A stretch of DNA of 64,000 bases, from positions 36,766,001 to 36,830,000 of the forward strand of contig OX597822.1 of NCBI GenBank assembly GCA_951406725.2. The letters run 5' to 3'. The notes under the pieces were generated by a model. It was not told the origin of the DNA. It made no database searches and worked only from the letters and a program-made list of their open reading frames with translations. Shown piece by piece: positions 1 through 13,326 of this stretch. Position numbers and translations under genes: made by a program. Each line of letters begins with the position of its first letter. Within the stretch, counting starts at the first letter, position 1. Source of the stretch: Octopus vulgaris (taxonomy: Eukaryota).

Positions 1-837
1 TGCGTTTTTAAAAATGCTCATTTTCCTGATTGTCCGACTCACCGACACGCAGTCTCAAACACTCCGCTCTATCTTTCCTTAGTCTTTTCTATTGTCACTT
101 CGCCTACTTCTGTTTCTTTGAAATAGTAGGATGTATACAGCTCGTCTTGGCCTATTATATGCATACTGTCTGTCTACTATAAACCTATATTAAACACTCC
201 AGTAATATTTGTCCTCTGGTTTCAATCTCCCAGGGATTTGCCCATATTTTTCATAAAGTGGACTTACAGATGTTTAAACAAAACATTAACAATATCCCTC
301 TCACCAATCTGGGAGATGAAATACAGTTCAGGAGGCATTATTACCATCCCTTCTCTGACACAGTCTGAAAGTTTTCGCAAACATATTTTAATAATTTCTT
401 AATCTCAAGTAGCGATCTGGTAAAATCGTTAGCGGATTGGACAAAATACGTATTTCTTTTGGCGCTTTACGTTTACATTCTGCCGAGGTCGACTCGGCCT
501 TTCATCTTATTGCGCTCGATAAGACAAGTACCAGATGAGTACTCCTTCCCCCAAAATTTCAGGCCGTGTGCCTATATTAGAAAGAAACATATTTCTCCAT
601 CTCCTGTATTTCTTTTAAGACATTTCTTTATCGCTATAAGATACTTGCAAAAAACCATGCACATCGCATTCCTTTTGAGGTGGGAATTTGTTACATAACA
701 ACAATGTAAATGATGATGGCAGTCGTGATGAATAAGATCATTAAACGCAACAAAAATAATATGACTTTTCCAATCACTTTATTGTCTTACTTTTATTACA
801 TTTACAATAGTAAATCAAATACACATATACAGGCACA

Positions 838-875
<38 letters not shown>

Positions 876-1121
876 AACGTGAAATTCACGAATTGACAAA
901 CACGGAAAAACGGACAGTAATTCAGAGCCTTCATTCTTCAGTCAGAAACCGATTCATCATGGCAAATTTCGGCTGTTTAATTCTGAGATTTGCTCCGAAA
1001 GGGCCAGCCCCAAGGAAAAGCTGAGCTATGGGCATTAGATTTGCTTGGTAGAAGGAAAGAATGTGACAACAGAGACGAACAGAAAAACAAGAGACGAAGA
1101 TAAAATTTACAGTAACGAATA

Positions 1122-1184
<63 letters not shown>

Positions 1185-1185
1185 G

Positions 1186-1240
<55 letters not shown>

Positions 1241-1658
1241 ATGTGTGTGTGTATATATATGTATATATATATATATTTATATGTATGTTTGTATGTATAT
1301 ATATATTACACATACACATGTGAGTATTATGTTCATATGCATAAACGCGCGTGCACACACACACACACAGATTAAAGGACCAAAAAGGATCAAAAGTCCT
1401 TTCCGAGTCATATATACTCATAGGGTCAGTTTTTCTGGATTCTGTGACGTTTAGATTTCACTCCCTGGAGGGAACACCGAGCTGCGGCAGGGTTAATTAT
1501 TTTTGCCAGCAAAGTGGACTGGAGCTACGTGAAATGTTTTTGGCTCAAGAATACAGTGCATGACCTGATTTAGGAATCGAAACTACAACCTTACGATAAT
1601 AAGTCCAACAATTCAACCATTAAGCCACTCATTTCCGCATGCATTATAGACATACATA

Positions 1659-2543
1659 CGAGGTACGTTCAAAAAGCATTAGGCTTTATTTTTCACCACC
1701 AAAATTAATGCCGCAAAATCATTCGGATGGGAGGTGAAGTGCCCTTCCCGCGCATGCGGGGAAATTTTCGTACCGGTAGGCCACGTCTGTACCCGGCTGC
1801 TACGCAAAGAGTACCGAAGTGTAATGCGTGCTTGTCGGATGTTGGTTTTCATTGAACGCATCGAGCAGCGATATGGTATCCATTTTTGCCAAAAACCTTC
1901 ACGATACTCAAGCAGAAACCATCCAGAAGATTCAGCAGCGATGATGCCATGGGCGAAAATCAGATCGAGGAATGGTACAATCACTTCAAACATGGCTGTA
2001 CTTCAGTGGAGAGCGAGACACGCTTCAGCAGGTCACCCACAATCCAGCATGAGGAGCATTGAGAAGGTTTGGCGAATAGTCATGAAAGACAGTCGTGTGA
2101 CAATCCTGGAAGTTGCTCACGCAGTGAGAATAAGCACAGAATCAGCGCATTCCATTTTAATTTAAGATTTGTGCATGTGGGGAGTGTCGGCGAAATTCGC
2201 CCCCAAGGTGCTGGCTGAGCAGCAGAAGCAGCTCCGCATGGAAACCTCTCTGATATGCTGGACTCAGACTTCAAGAAGAGCATCATCACTGGTAACAGGA
2301 CATGGGTTTATGGTCTCTGCTCGATGCGTTCGCTCATCTTGCGTGAAAACGAAAATCCGACGAGTGCGCACTAAACGTCTGTACTCCAGGCATAACGACC
2401 AGGGGCTGACGCTGCCTACCGGTGCGAAAATTATCGCTCATGCGCAGGAAGGCTGGCATCATCTCCCAGCCAAAGGATTTTGCCTATACGTCATTAGTTT
2501 TGGCGGAAAAAAATAAAGTCACATACTTTTTGAACGCACCGCG
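1659..2543 (+). mobile_element. Internally deleted Tc1/mariner element with TA target duplications
   Basis: TA-CGAGGTACGTTCAAAAAG ... CTTTTTGAACGCACCGCG-TA termini. Frameshifted N-terminal mariner HTH (EQRYGIHFCQK, EWYNHFKHG, KDSRVTILEVA, VSAKFAPKVL). Confidence 0.9.
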
Positions 2544-3079
2544 TATATTTACATATACATACATATGCATTCAGTCGTTTTTTTTCTACATGTAACGTGA
2601 AATGGCTCTAATTGCAAATTTTTCACCACTCATTATCAAAGCTGTAAAATATAGAATAAACAATTACTGTTTATGTTATGCATGAAAATAGAGAAAATAA
2701 ACTATTCAGTAACGATTGGACAAGAAATTGTATCAAATTAATGATATAACATGGAGATACAAGCTGCCAAAAATCATCAGTGAAATTCCCAAATATCTTT
2801 TAACTTAGCTTGGTGTGTTTATGTATGTTTGTATGTATGTATGTCATTAGTTTATTTCAAGAGTTCTTGCCAATAGAGAAAGAACTAGTTTCTAACCGAG
2901 ATCCAAGGCTCCTTCATTGGAATTTTAACATTAACTGTAGGGTATTGTATGTATGTATGTATGTATGTATGTATGTATGTATGTATGTATGTATGTATGT
3001 ATGTATGTGTGCAGATCTGTATGTTTTATGTATGTATTCTCATGCATATACTTGCATATCTAGACATGCTCATATATAT

Positions 3080-3425
3080 TTAAATGATAAACTTCTGGGA
3101 AGTTTTACAGATTTTTACAGTTCAAGTGATGGACTGGATCTGTAGTTTTCGAATAAGCTTTCTCCTTATTGGTTTTGAGAAGCCTAATTTCTCAAGATTG
3201 GTATTTAGGCAGTGTGTTGCATATCCCAGGGCCTCAAATAATTACAGGTATAAACCTGCACTTGTAATCTAGATAGAATAACTACAGATTTCTCAATAGT
3301 TAAGCATAGGTGTTCTGTTTTTCACTGATCTTCAGCATTATGATAATATCCGCTGGGCATCTAATTTCCACAACTGTGCATAGTTTCTCTTCTCTATCCC
3401 AAACCATTATATCAGGTCTGCTTTG
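3080..3425 (-). mobile_element. 3' fragment of RLE-type non-LTR retrotransposon (REL endonuclease)
   Basis: Minus strand RPD/IMVWDREEKLCTVVEIRCPAD...SEK...Y...FIPVII/ALG with stops and frameshifts; flanked by microsatellites. Confidence 0.7.
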
Positions 3426-3437
3426 CTTCTATATGTA

Positions 3438-3492
<55 letters not shown>

Positions 3493-3588
3493 CGGGAAGC
3501 TTTATGAAAATAAACAAAAGACGAAGGCAGGTGGAATATAAACAAACAATTGTATTAGTATGGCGCTCAGGAATATAAATAAAACAAG

Positions 3589-3626
3589 TCTTTTACGTTT
3601 CGAGCCTACGCTCTTCAACAGAAAGA
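3589..3626 (-). ncRNA. Degenerate minimal hammerhead motif in PLE-like terminal repeat (about 3490-3700)
   Basis: Minus strand TCTTT-CTGTTGA-A-GAGC(gtag)GCTC-GAAA-CG-TA-AAAGA. Perfect stem I; core A6 mutated. Confidence 0.7.
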
Positions 3627-3700
3627 TACACAGAAAAGAAACACAGAAAGAAACAAGGAGAGAAAAAAAATGCGTGCAGAAGCTAGCGAATCAACATGGC

Positions 3701-3799
<99 letters not shown>

Positions 3800-3955
3800 A
3801 TATAAATTTAATTAGAAAATATGTTAACCTCATGAAAGGATGGTTGCATCCAAGGAAATACTGGTTCAATACCTACTATTTGGGGAATGAAATTCCCTTA
3901 AAACAATAGGTTTTAAGCATTTAGTTTATGTCTCCATTTTCATTTTTTCTTTTAA

Positions 3956-4002
<47 letters not shown>

Positions 4003-5819
4003 CGTGCGTGCGTGTGTGTGTGTGTGTGTGTGTGTGTACCTATGTGGGTATCCGTGTAGAAGTTGTGTTCCAATGCAAAAATAAATATATGCAATTTTAT
4101 TACAAATATATAAAAACCAAAAATAAATACGCGGATAGTCAGTCATACGGTAACAACGAGGTGAGTATGTAATCCGGGTACATACCTCGTGTTCAAAATA
4201 AATAATAATAATGGTTTTAAATTTTGCCATAAGGACAACAATTCTGGGAGAGGGGATGAATCGATTACATCGACCTCAGTGTTCAACTGGTACTTAATTT
4301 ATCGACCCCGAAAGGATGAAAAGTGAAGTCGATCTCGGCGGAATTTGAACTCAGAATGCAGCAACGGACGAAATACCTCTAAGCAATTCCAGGCATCCAT
4401 AGACAATTATTCGGTGGCATTTTAATACTTTCATCTTGTTTCGTGGGTTTGTTCCATCCTTGATGATGGTAATAGAATCTGGTTGCTCCTTTCGGTGATA
4501 ATCTTGTATGTTATGGAAAGGCGGGTGACAGATATGTAATATTTCAGATTCTGCGTCTCTTTTATCTTTGGTCGCAAGTTCTTGGTTCCCATGTGAACCA
4601 TTCTAGTAATTTCTCTGATTCTTCATGATGTTTTGCGGTTCATGTGAGTTTTTCGTGGATAGTCAGCAGGCTCTTGATCAAGGAAATTAGAAATTCCATT
4701 TAATTGTCGTTTTTGTTGATGGTGTAACGGGAGAAATTGATTCGTAAACAATATTATGAAATGTCGGAGTCAGCAGTGGTAACGATAAAAATTTGTTGTT
4801 ATTACGGCAAGTTGTAAGATGTGAAAGATGGACAATGCATGAAGTTTTAAGGAAATATTTATTTACCGTTACGTTACAATACCTTGTGTTACACATTCAT
4901 ATCTATGTGTTTACGTATACCAAACTACATCTCCACTCTTGGCACTATTTTGTTAGTGAACAGTACAACTGTGTGTAAAGTATATTATGTATTACTACGC
5001 TGAACGTCGAGTCCGTGTATCATGAATAGAAAATAAACATGTAACAATAACAATGGTTTTCAATTGATTGTCTATCCCATTAGAACTCAAACTACACATA
5101 ACACCTTGCCTCGACGGGCAGATTATGATAAATCCAAGAGCATGCGAAAGAAAGTTAGATGCAGTAGAATTTATAATTTTTTTTTTTTGCATAGTTTGGC
5201 GTGCACAAATTGTTAGTAGTAATCCACAGAAAACAATAGATGATGTTGTAAGAGAACAGAATTAGAGCTAGTGAGAGTCGTAGGGTGTTGTCTCACAGTT
5301 GCTGACAGTAAACTTAATTTCTCCCTCTGACCAAGGTTCTAGATGGTCGAATATTGACTAAACACTTTCACACAATTTCCTGTATTCTACCAGAAAATTG
5401 TTACTTTTATCGCAAATTCTGTCATAGCTCATCCCTTCATCGCACACTCAAAACATTCAGACATGAATACTGTGAGCTTCAGATATTTCAGGATAATTTT
5501 CCTTGTTACTTTTTACAGATGTTTTTTCTCTTTCTAGAAAAGTCACAGTAATAATCCTTATGTAATCTCCAGAATTTTCTTTCAGTGTTTCATTAAGTTG
5601 TTACGCACAGGATAATCGAGATCCCAGGATAGTCTTTCGTAGTTTCTAGACTGATTCCATCGTCCCATCGGGTTTGATATTTTACTAAGTTTTTTGTACT
5701 AATCCCCACTGTTGAGTCAATGTAACTGTTAAGGTCATTAGCTCATTCTTTTCAAATATCTTGAATGCGAAATACATTGGAAACTATTTTTTTTCGTTTA
5801 GTAAAACTGAACTTCAATG

Positions 5820-6090
5820 TTATATAACCTGCTTGTTACATAAACTACAAAGTTATACAGACTGCGATATTATATAAACTGTAATATATTATAGACTACA
5901 TATCACATGGATAACAATATTTATAGACTACAGTATTATATAGAATGCACATCATGTAGGCAATAATATTGTATTGACTGCTTGTCTCATATATACAGAA
6001 TACGATAATATATAGACTGTAACAGAAACGGCAATATTATATAAAGTATACTATTATATAGACTGCATGTCATAAACTGCAATGTCATAT
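5820..6090 (+). repeat. Degenerate tandem repeat of about 18 bp
   Basis: Recurrent TATA(G/A)ACTG(C/T)AAT units. Confidence 0.7.
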
Positions 6091-6199
6091 AAGATTTCAA
6101 GTCACTTTGTCGTGCTCTGGAGACAGGAATGTCATCGGTTACAAATTTAAAATAAGTAACCACATACAAAATTCGTTAAGAAAAACAAATTTTTATTTG

Positions 6200-7560
6200 A
6201 TTATTTCGTATTTTACTTGAGGGTTGAGATCTTGAGTTAAAGTAATTGATATATTTAGCATATGTGTGGGTATTTGTAATTTTTTCCATTGGAGTCGTCT
6301 GAGAAAGGCGCTGAACCCATGTCCTTTGCAAGCTCTCCAAGAGGGTGAGATCGACAAAGTTAAATATTCCTCTTGAACAGCTGCAGGTTGACGACTGCAG
6401 GAAAAACACGTTCAGGATTAGGAATCCGGCGATCCGACAATACTGGAAGCAAAGACTGGACGTAATGACTTGTGCATTGGTGATGGGGGATGGATACAAT
6501 GTAAGTGATGAGAAGAGAAACAACTCGGGGCGGGGGGGGGGGGGCTGATTGGAGATGTCAGCTAATTTGGAGGCGCAGAGGTCATAGCTGTATCATTAGA
6601 GAAAGCGGAGAGAGAAGACAAAGATAGAAGCGCTTTTGTGACCGATTTCATGTCAATCAGTCGAATGGTGGCTTTTTTTTATGGTCTACCATGAGCGTGT
6701 AGTAGTTGCACCTTCCCAGATGTCGAGTATACTCCAATGTGAGTATTACCTGAGTTTTGATTGGAGTAGGGAATTCGCACGTAGACGGCTGGGGAAAATC
6801 TTGCTCATAGAAATAAACTTTTATATTATTGCCAACGACAATAATATAAATTGCTTCAATATTAGAATGAGAAAATGTCTCTTAATTGGTCATGAGTTTC
6901 ACATGACTGCATCTCACGTTGACCTAGAAATAAATATGAGCGGAAGTTAAAGAACCCTGTTCAGGGAGAGAGAGCAAGTAAGGTGAAAGGGGGAAGGCTT
7001 TTCTTTTTTATTTGGAGTGGAATTACAATGGAAAGTGCAGGTTGACATTTGAACTGCTGTTATTTGCTGGGGGTTACTTTTCTCAATGCAAACAACGCAG
7101 CGACATTTGCAGTGAGTTGATCAAAAATGTATTTATTTTCATTCATTGAACGATTTTATGAGAATTAGGGTATTATCTTGTCTCTACCACTGGTACATGA
7201 TCCGTTTTTGTGTTCTTCGAACCAGAGTAATTCTATCTTTATACTGACAGGTTTATTGTTGAAGAACTTTTCGTGTAACATTTAGCAGCCCTTTAAATAC
7301 CTTCAGATGTTTGGGAAGGGATGTTCTAACACCTACTCAACTTGCTCTGTTAATGAGAAGAGAAGTTAATGCTGTGGGAAAAATTAAATTAGACTGAAAT
7401 AATTCTGAGATCCATATATTGAATTACTGGCGTTGGTGGATAAGGTCAAATCTGATTGGTGGAGCATTCAAAAGTTATTCCTCAGGAACTGCAACCACGC
7501 CTTCTTTCGGATGACTTTTCCCTCTGTCTCTAAAATAGACACACTGCCCACATCATAGCC
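6200..7560 (-). mobile_element. Highly decayed Penelope-like reverse transcriptase remnant
   Basis: Scattered RT-like patches (LFSS..LYPSP, RIAGFLILNVFF) in disrupted frames; family assignment tentative. Confidence 0.4.
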
Positions 7561-7699
7561 AACACCTATACCTTACATTCATATTCCCCTTTCCACACAT
7601 CCTCACCTCATATACATACTCCTAATGCACGTACACACTCCAGTAACGCACCAGAATATTCATTCCTCACTCACTTTTAGCAAACACACACACACACGC

Positions 7700-7985
7700 A
7701 CACATACCACGTGATCGACCAGACTATCGGATGTTGTTATACATCCGCTGGTCACAATGCGCTTTTGCATCGTTTTAGCTTTCGAATGATACCACCCTGC
7801 TGGCTAGGCGAGCAAGCCAACATACCCTCTGATCGGAAGGCTAATGATTACCCGTTTACAGCTGAGTGGGCTGGAACAACTTCAAATGAAATGTTTTGCT
7901 CAAGAACACAACACTTAGTCGTCTGGGAATTGAAACCACGATTGTGAAATCATAGGTGCAACACACCTAGCCACCAAGCCACGCG
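7700..7985 (-). mobile_element. tRNA-derived SINE (a partial relative lies at about 1500-1640)
   Basis: Minus strand A/B-box-like head (GTGGCTTGGTGG...GGTTTCAATTCCC) followed by TGTGTTCTTGAGCAAAACA. Confidence 0.7.
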
Positions 7986-8494
7986 TTTTCTATTATAGAC
8001 GACTGTTTCTTTTATTCGAAACATTCGTCTATATAATAAATGGCAAGTTTTTACCAAAGGCAATAAGAGTTACTACATGTTTTATCAAATATTCACTATA
8101 CTCTGAATATCCTGCAGTTCACTGGAGCATCATATACACGCCATTTAATATATCCAGACAGACATACAAACCTTTCTAAAATTATATTTAACTGTCAATC
8201 CGCCGTTGCTGTCTTCTTCTTCTTACAATCTAGACTCACGCCATTAGCCATAAAGAATACTCTAAGCTACTAAGAATGCGTGTGGCAACTTGAAGATCCA
8301 CCCACCACACGCGATAGACTGGCGGTTGCACGGGCGCGAAGGCTACGTTGTTATCCTCATTCCGTAAACGGTGGCTTTTAATGGGTGGAGAGCTGAACCA
8401 TCCGGCGGTACAGAGGATTCGCAATCTAGACTAGGGTCTGAAAGTTTACCACGCCATAGTGGGTCACACCATGGTTCCTCTGCTTTATGGCAGA

Positions 8495-8683
8495 AGTAGG
8501 AAGTAAAAGTGAGAGAAAGTTGTGGTGAAATAGTACAGCGGAGTTCACCCCTCCTCCCGCCGGAATCTCGTGGAGTTTAGGTGTTTTTGCTCAATAAACA
8601 CTCACAATGCCCGGTCTGGGAATCGAAACCGCGTTCTTATGACCGCGAGTCCGCTGCCCTAACCACTGGGTCATTGCGCCTCC
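8495..8683 (-). mobile_element. tRNA-Arg-like SINE family A, partial
   Basis: Reverse complement of the head GGAGGCGCAATG(A/G)CCCAGTGGTTAGGGCAGCGGACTCGCGGTC. Confidence 0.85.
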
Positions 8684-9310
8684 GCAGCCGTTGCTGTTAA
8701 CCAAATTCCCGCGATGGAGTTTTGATTCTTTGTAAAAGATCGGCTCCTTCTTTAAGGAAAGAATTCAAATAATTAAAAAGGAAACATAACAGATGAAGAT
8801 ATAACCATAAGTGGCTTGAACTGACTGAAAAACTGTTCACGGGCTAGCAACAACATCGCAAATTGAGCTTAACAGAATTTACTTGCCACTATATGGCGAT
8901 GGACAAACGATTACTATATAAATTCATACATTCATTGAGTTATCCCAGGATAACCAAGATTTGGCTTCTATAAATTTCTCAGTAGTCGAGAAAAATATGT
9001 CTCTAGCTATCACATTATGATTTTAAAATCCTCAATTGCGTCATACCGATGCTGAATATGTGAAACATTGCTAGAAATGTATTAAATGCTGGCAGAGACA
9101 TCGTATTTCGTTATGCAAACATACTATTCTACCATTTAAATTAAAGGCTTATAAATCAATACTGTGTGTCCCCAACCCCATGTGTTAGTAGTGCGACCAG
9201 TTGCTAGGAAAGTGTTTATTATGTAAAAGTGGTATAGCTAATTGTGTTACCCCTCTACGCTTGGTAGCTATTTAAGCAATGTGTTCCAGGATGATTAATG
9301 GGTTAGACAT

Positions 9311-9355
9311 GGTGCTGAAGAAGGAGCAAGAACACCTGAAATATGCATATACACC
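9311..9355 (+). ncRNA. Type I hammerhead ribozyme motif, canonical core
   Basis: GGTG-CTGAAGA-AGG(agcaagaaca)CCT-GAAA-TAT(gc)ATA-T-A-CACC. Stems I, II and III all pair; predicted cleavage after AUA. Confidence 0.85.
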
Positions 9356-9979
9356 TATTACCTATTTTCTGTCTTCCATCGCATTGTTTACGTAGACGTG
9401 TTCGTATACGAAACGTCGTAACTTTCAGTACTGGTTCTAATTTCTATAAAACATTTGCAGAAAATTTCTATAGAAAATTTGTCTTTGTGTCTGTGATTTC
9501 CCTTCCACTTCATTACCGTTTGACAACCGATGTTGGTATGCTACAGGCTACCCTGTAACTAAAGCGGTTCGGCAAAACAGACCGATAAAATAAGTACTAG
9601 GCTTTAAAAAAATGTCCTGGAAGTCGATTTGTTCGACTAAAACCCTTCGAGGAGGTACTCCAGCATGGCCGCAGTCAAATGACTGAAACAAGTAAAAGAA
9701 TAAAAGAATAGATAACTTTAGAAGTGATTACTAGAAATATCAAAAAATATACAAAAAAAAATAATATTTTCTTTCCTATGAAGTTTTGGTGCCGAATCAA
9801 AATGCATCCATATTAAAGAAATGCACAGATGAAAGTATAACAAGTTTGAATGCCTTTGTTAGCACAGACATTTAGTAAAACATTGTTTGAAATGCTAGTA
9901 AAATACCAGCATTTTTGGCTACATAGTTGTCAGTCTGTATACAAAAGGTTGCACTGCTGCAGTGACAAGTAATAGATAC

Positions 9980-10190
9980 ATGTTTTATTTTCATAAAGAT
10001 TGAATCACAATTTAATTACAAAGAAAAAGAAAGAAAAAGGGGGGAAGATTAAGCAGCAGAAGATGGAGGAAGGGGCTACACCTCAGAACAAATGGTGTGT
10101 TTAGCCGCGCCCCGCGGACAATACTGCGATGGCGTTGTTGCGAATAATGGCCAGCGACATTCGCTGCAGTAGCCATCCCGCTACATAAGA
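9980..10190 (-). mobile_element. CRE-like non-LTR retrotransposon 3' end
   Basis: Minus strand WLLQRMSLAIIRNNAIAVL...*, matching the CRE C-terminal QR-x-S-x-A-I-x-R-x-N-A motif. Confidence 0.65.
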
Positions 10191-10651
10191 AGGACTTCAG
10201 GCCTTGCCCTATGGCGTAATACCAACAAGGTCATAACATAATTTAAAACCAGTAACGGCAGGGGTAGAGCTAGATTCACCCGATTCGATATAGTAGATTA
10301 TTATCCGTCTGTATCGAGTGAGATTCTGAATAAGTTATTGGATTTCGCTTGGCCTTACACTGAAGTCAGTGACCATGCACGTCAGAGGTGTGTCCAACTG
10401 GAACGAATATGACATGAAAAGTCAGTAAGGAAGAAAGATATATTAGTTCCGCCAATGTATCGTAGTTGGGAAACTACTGAGTTGACTTCAGTAAGATTTT
10501 GAACTTGGGTTTATTCATTAAAAAAAAAACTGTTCATCTGTAACTATCAAAGAGGAATACTGTAAATATCAGAGAAAGGGCCATTGCTGGAAAATTAAAA
10601 TCAAAGGAAGACAAAATGGCTTTCGGATACAGAAAACAAAAATTACTGAAC

Positions 10652-11090
10652 AGGCGCAGGCATGGCTGTGTGGTAAGAAGCTTGCTTCCCAATCACATAG
10701 TTCCGAGTTCAGTCCCACTGTGTGGACCTTAGGCAAGTGTGTTCTACTACAGTTTCGGACCAACCAAAGCCTTGTGAGTGGATTTGGTTGACGGAAACCG
10801 GAAACTGAAAGAAGCCCGTCGTAATACATACACACACACACACACATTCAGTATATATGAATATGTTTGTATGTCCGTGTTTGTCCTCCACCATCTCTTG
10901 ACAACCGATGTTGATGTGTTTACGTCCCCGTAACTTAGCGGTTCGGTAAACGAGACCAATAGAATAAGTACTAAGCTTACAAAGAATAAATCCTGGGATC
11001 GATTTGTTCCATTAAAGGCAGTGCTCCATCGTGGCCGCAGTCAAATGACTGAAACAAGTAAAAGAATAAAAGAATAAAAGAATAAAAGAA
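10652..11090 (+). mobile_element. tRNA-derived SINE family B with internal microsatellite
   Basis: Head AGGCGCAGG..TGGCTGTGTGGTAAG; tail TGACTGAAACAAGTAAAAGA(A/G)TAAAAGA. A 3' piece also lies at 9500-9710. Confidence 0.9.
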
Positions 11091-11244
11091 AGTTAACAAT
11101 TGAAACATTTTTATTATATCTCTTAACTTTGTGGCTAGTTTACAGATTTGATTGTTTACATTGCTATTTATCTCGACAACGCATGGAATTGTGCCCATCC
11201 TTCGCTTGTTTATTACTGACCCTCCAAATTAAATTTCAAAATAC

Positions 11245-11560
11245 TGGTCGTTTCGCTCGCCACACCGAGCTAAACTTAATCATTAAACGGGCCCTGTTCG
11301 GGTCAATGTCCCTTCAGTTCAGGAGCCAGCGAGATAATCCAGAAGTGATGGGAAGAGACCAGCTGGTCTAAGCCTTTATTCCTGGGATGCCACAGTCTGT
11401 AACTCCTTTGCTCCCTCCCACATCCTGGATACTGCGATAAATGGGAGGGCCACTGCTTCCGTAGCCGAACAGAAGAAAATCCTTAAGTATGGGGACCTGT
11501 CAGTGAACCTTTTTCTTCCAGCCTGTGATGTTTGAAACATTTAGAGACGTTTTGAGACGT
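11245..11560 (+). mobile_element. CRE-like REL endonuclease fragment
   Basis: GRFARHTELNLIIKRAL, RSDGKRPAG, WDATV, AEQKKILKY and FQPVMFET motifs. Confidence 0.75.
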
Positions 11561-11859
11561 TGAAAGAGTGTGAATGAAGCTTTTTTTTTTTTTTACATGG
11601 ATAAAGATGAAGTTTCTTAAAGATGAAAAAATAGTTAATTTTAATATTTCGTTGAATATTCCTTTCTTTCGTCGAACTCGTCATATAACCCATACATTAA
11701 GCAAACTAATTAGTCGTTGACATACCGTGTAGCATAAAAAGCAGAATTGGTTATATTCACTTTTTATCGTATACAAATTTCCTACTGTACTAGCAAGCGA
11801 CCAGTTTTTTTTTTTATTTGTTCTATCAACCAAAGCCCTTTCTTCCAGCAGCATATGGA

Positions 11860-12233
11860 GAAGACGCAATGGCCCAGTGGTTAGGGCAGCGGACTCACGG
11901 TCAGAGGATCGCGGTTTCGATTCCCAGACCGGGCGTTGTGTGTGTTTATTGAGCGAAAACACCTAAAGCTCCACGAGGCTCCGGCAGGGGGTGGTGGCGA
12001 CCCCTATTGTACTATTTCGCCCCAACTTTCTCTCACTCTTTCTTCCTGTTTCCTGTCCCCGACTACCTACGCAACCGCTGAGCCTGGATGCGCATTCATC
12101 CATCCGTCGATGCTCTCGGTGTCGGGGGTTGACCTGCTTTCTCTTCTGCGGGTCTTACGAATAGCAAAGGACCACGTTTCGGACTTCTCCCATCTTGCGA
12201 GCTCTGGGACGAAGACCGTTCGCTCAACAGCAA
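11860..12233 (+). mobile_element. SINE family A with alternative 3' tail and 14-bp TSD
   Basis: CAGCAGCATATGGA at 11846-11859 and 12234-12247. Confidence 0.85.
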
Positions 12234-12778
12234 CAGCAGCATATGGAAGTATATGGCTGCACTTAGCTCAAAAACATAAACAATACGTTCAATATTGCAG
12301 TTTTCAAAAAATCAATGTCAATAAAATTCAATGCCTGTCCTACGATATGTATTTATACTATAATTAATGGATTTAGCTATTTTCCTAAGTATGTAATAAC
12401 TGTGGAGGCTGGAATTCTCTAGAAGGAATATCAAATATTTACTATTACTCAACTAGAAATCCAATTTCTTAACCAGTAAGTAAATACTTGCAAGATTCTT
12501 CTTGTAACTCTCACCGGTTTCCTAGCAAGCGACCAGTTCTTTATTTGTTCTATCAATCAAAGCCCTTTCTTCCATATGCGCGTTAGAATGGCTAAATCAT
12601 GCATCTCTGCATCATTAGTAGAAAGTATCCACTATCGACCGTATGCCCAAGTACGCAGAAACCACGTGATGCAACAATTCCACCACAGCTGCTGAGAGTT
12701 CGATTGCTGCTGATCGTTCTATGATTTTTAGCACTACACGTCTTTAGATGCTTTCTCAAGACGAATACCGCGTTGTTG

Positions 12779-13007
12779 CGGCGAGCTGGCAGAAACGTTA
12801 GCACGCCGGGTGAAATGTGTAGCCGTATTTCGTCTGTCGCTACGTTCTGAGTTCAAATTCCACCCAGGTCGACTTTGCCTTTCATCCTTTCGGGGTCGAT
12901 AAATTAAGTACCAGTTACGCACTGGGGTCGATGTAATCGACTTAATCCATGTGTCTGTCCTTGTTTGTCCCCTCTGTGTTTAGCCCCTGGTGGGTAGTAA
13001 AGAAATA
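12779..13007 (+). mobile_element. SINE family C (Nin-domain-like) with 20-bp direct repeat
   Basis: GAATACCGCGTTGTTGCGGC at 12763-12782 and 13008-13027; core GTCGACTTTGCCTTTCATCCTTTCGGGGTCGATAAA. Relatives at about 410-590, 4220-4385(-), 19720-20090, 30360-30510, 35118-35320, 56560-56780 and 61280-61490(-). Confidence 0.9.
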
Positions 13008-13265
13008 GAATACCGCGTTGTTGCGGCTTTCTTTTAGTATAACCACGTTACACAAGGTATACAAATTGCTATTCAGTACTAATACTGCTTCCGTAACGGA
13101 TTTTTACTCGACCCGTCTCGCCGGCTAGTTGCAACACCAGCGACTGATTAATCGCTATTTTTCTATACATCAGCGGAGTCAAAATTTGTTTGAGCATGAC
13201 ATTGACAGTGAATACTTGCTACCAATGACGCACAAATACGCAGAAATCACGTAATACAGCAGTGT

Positions 13266-13326
<61 letters not shown>

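Noticed and set aside
4390-5810. Possible coding remnants here, at 130-450 and at 18640-19200
   Set aside because: Composition suggests decayed retroelements, but no diagnostic motif could be read confidently.
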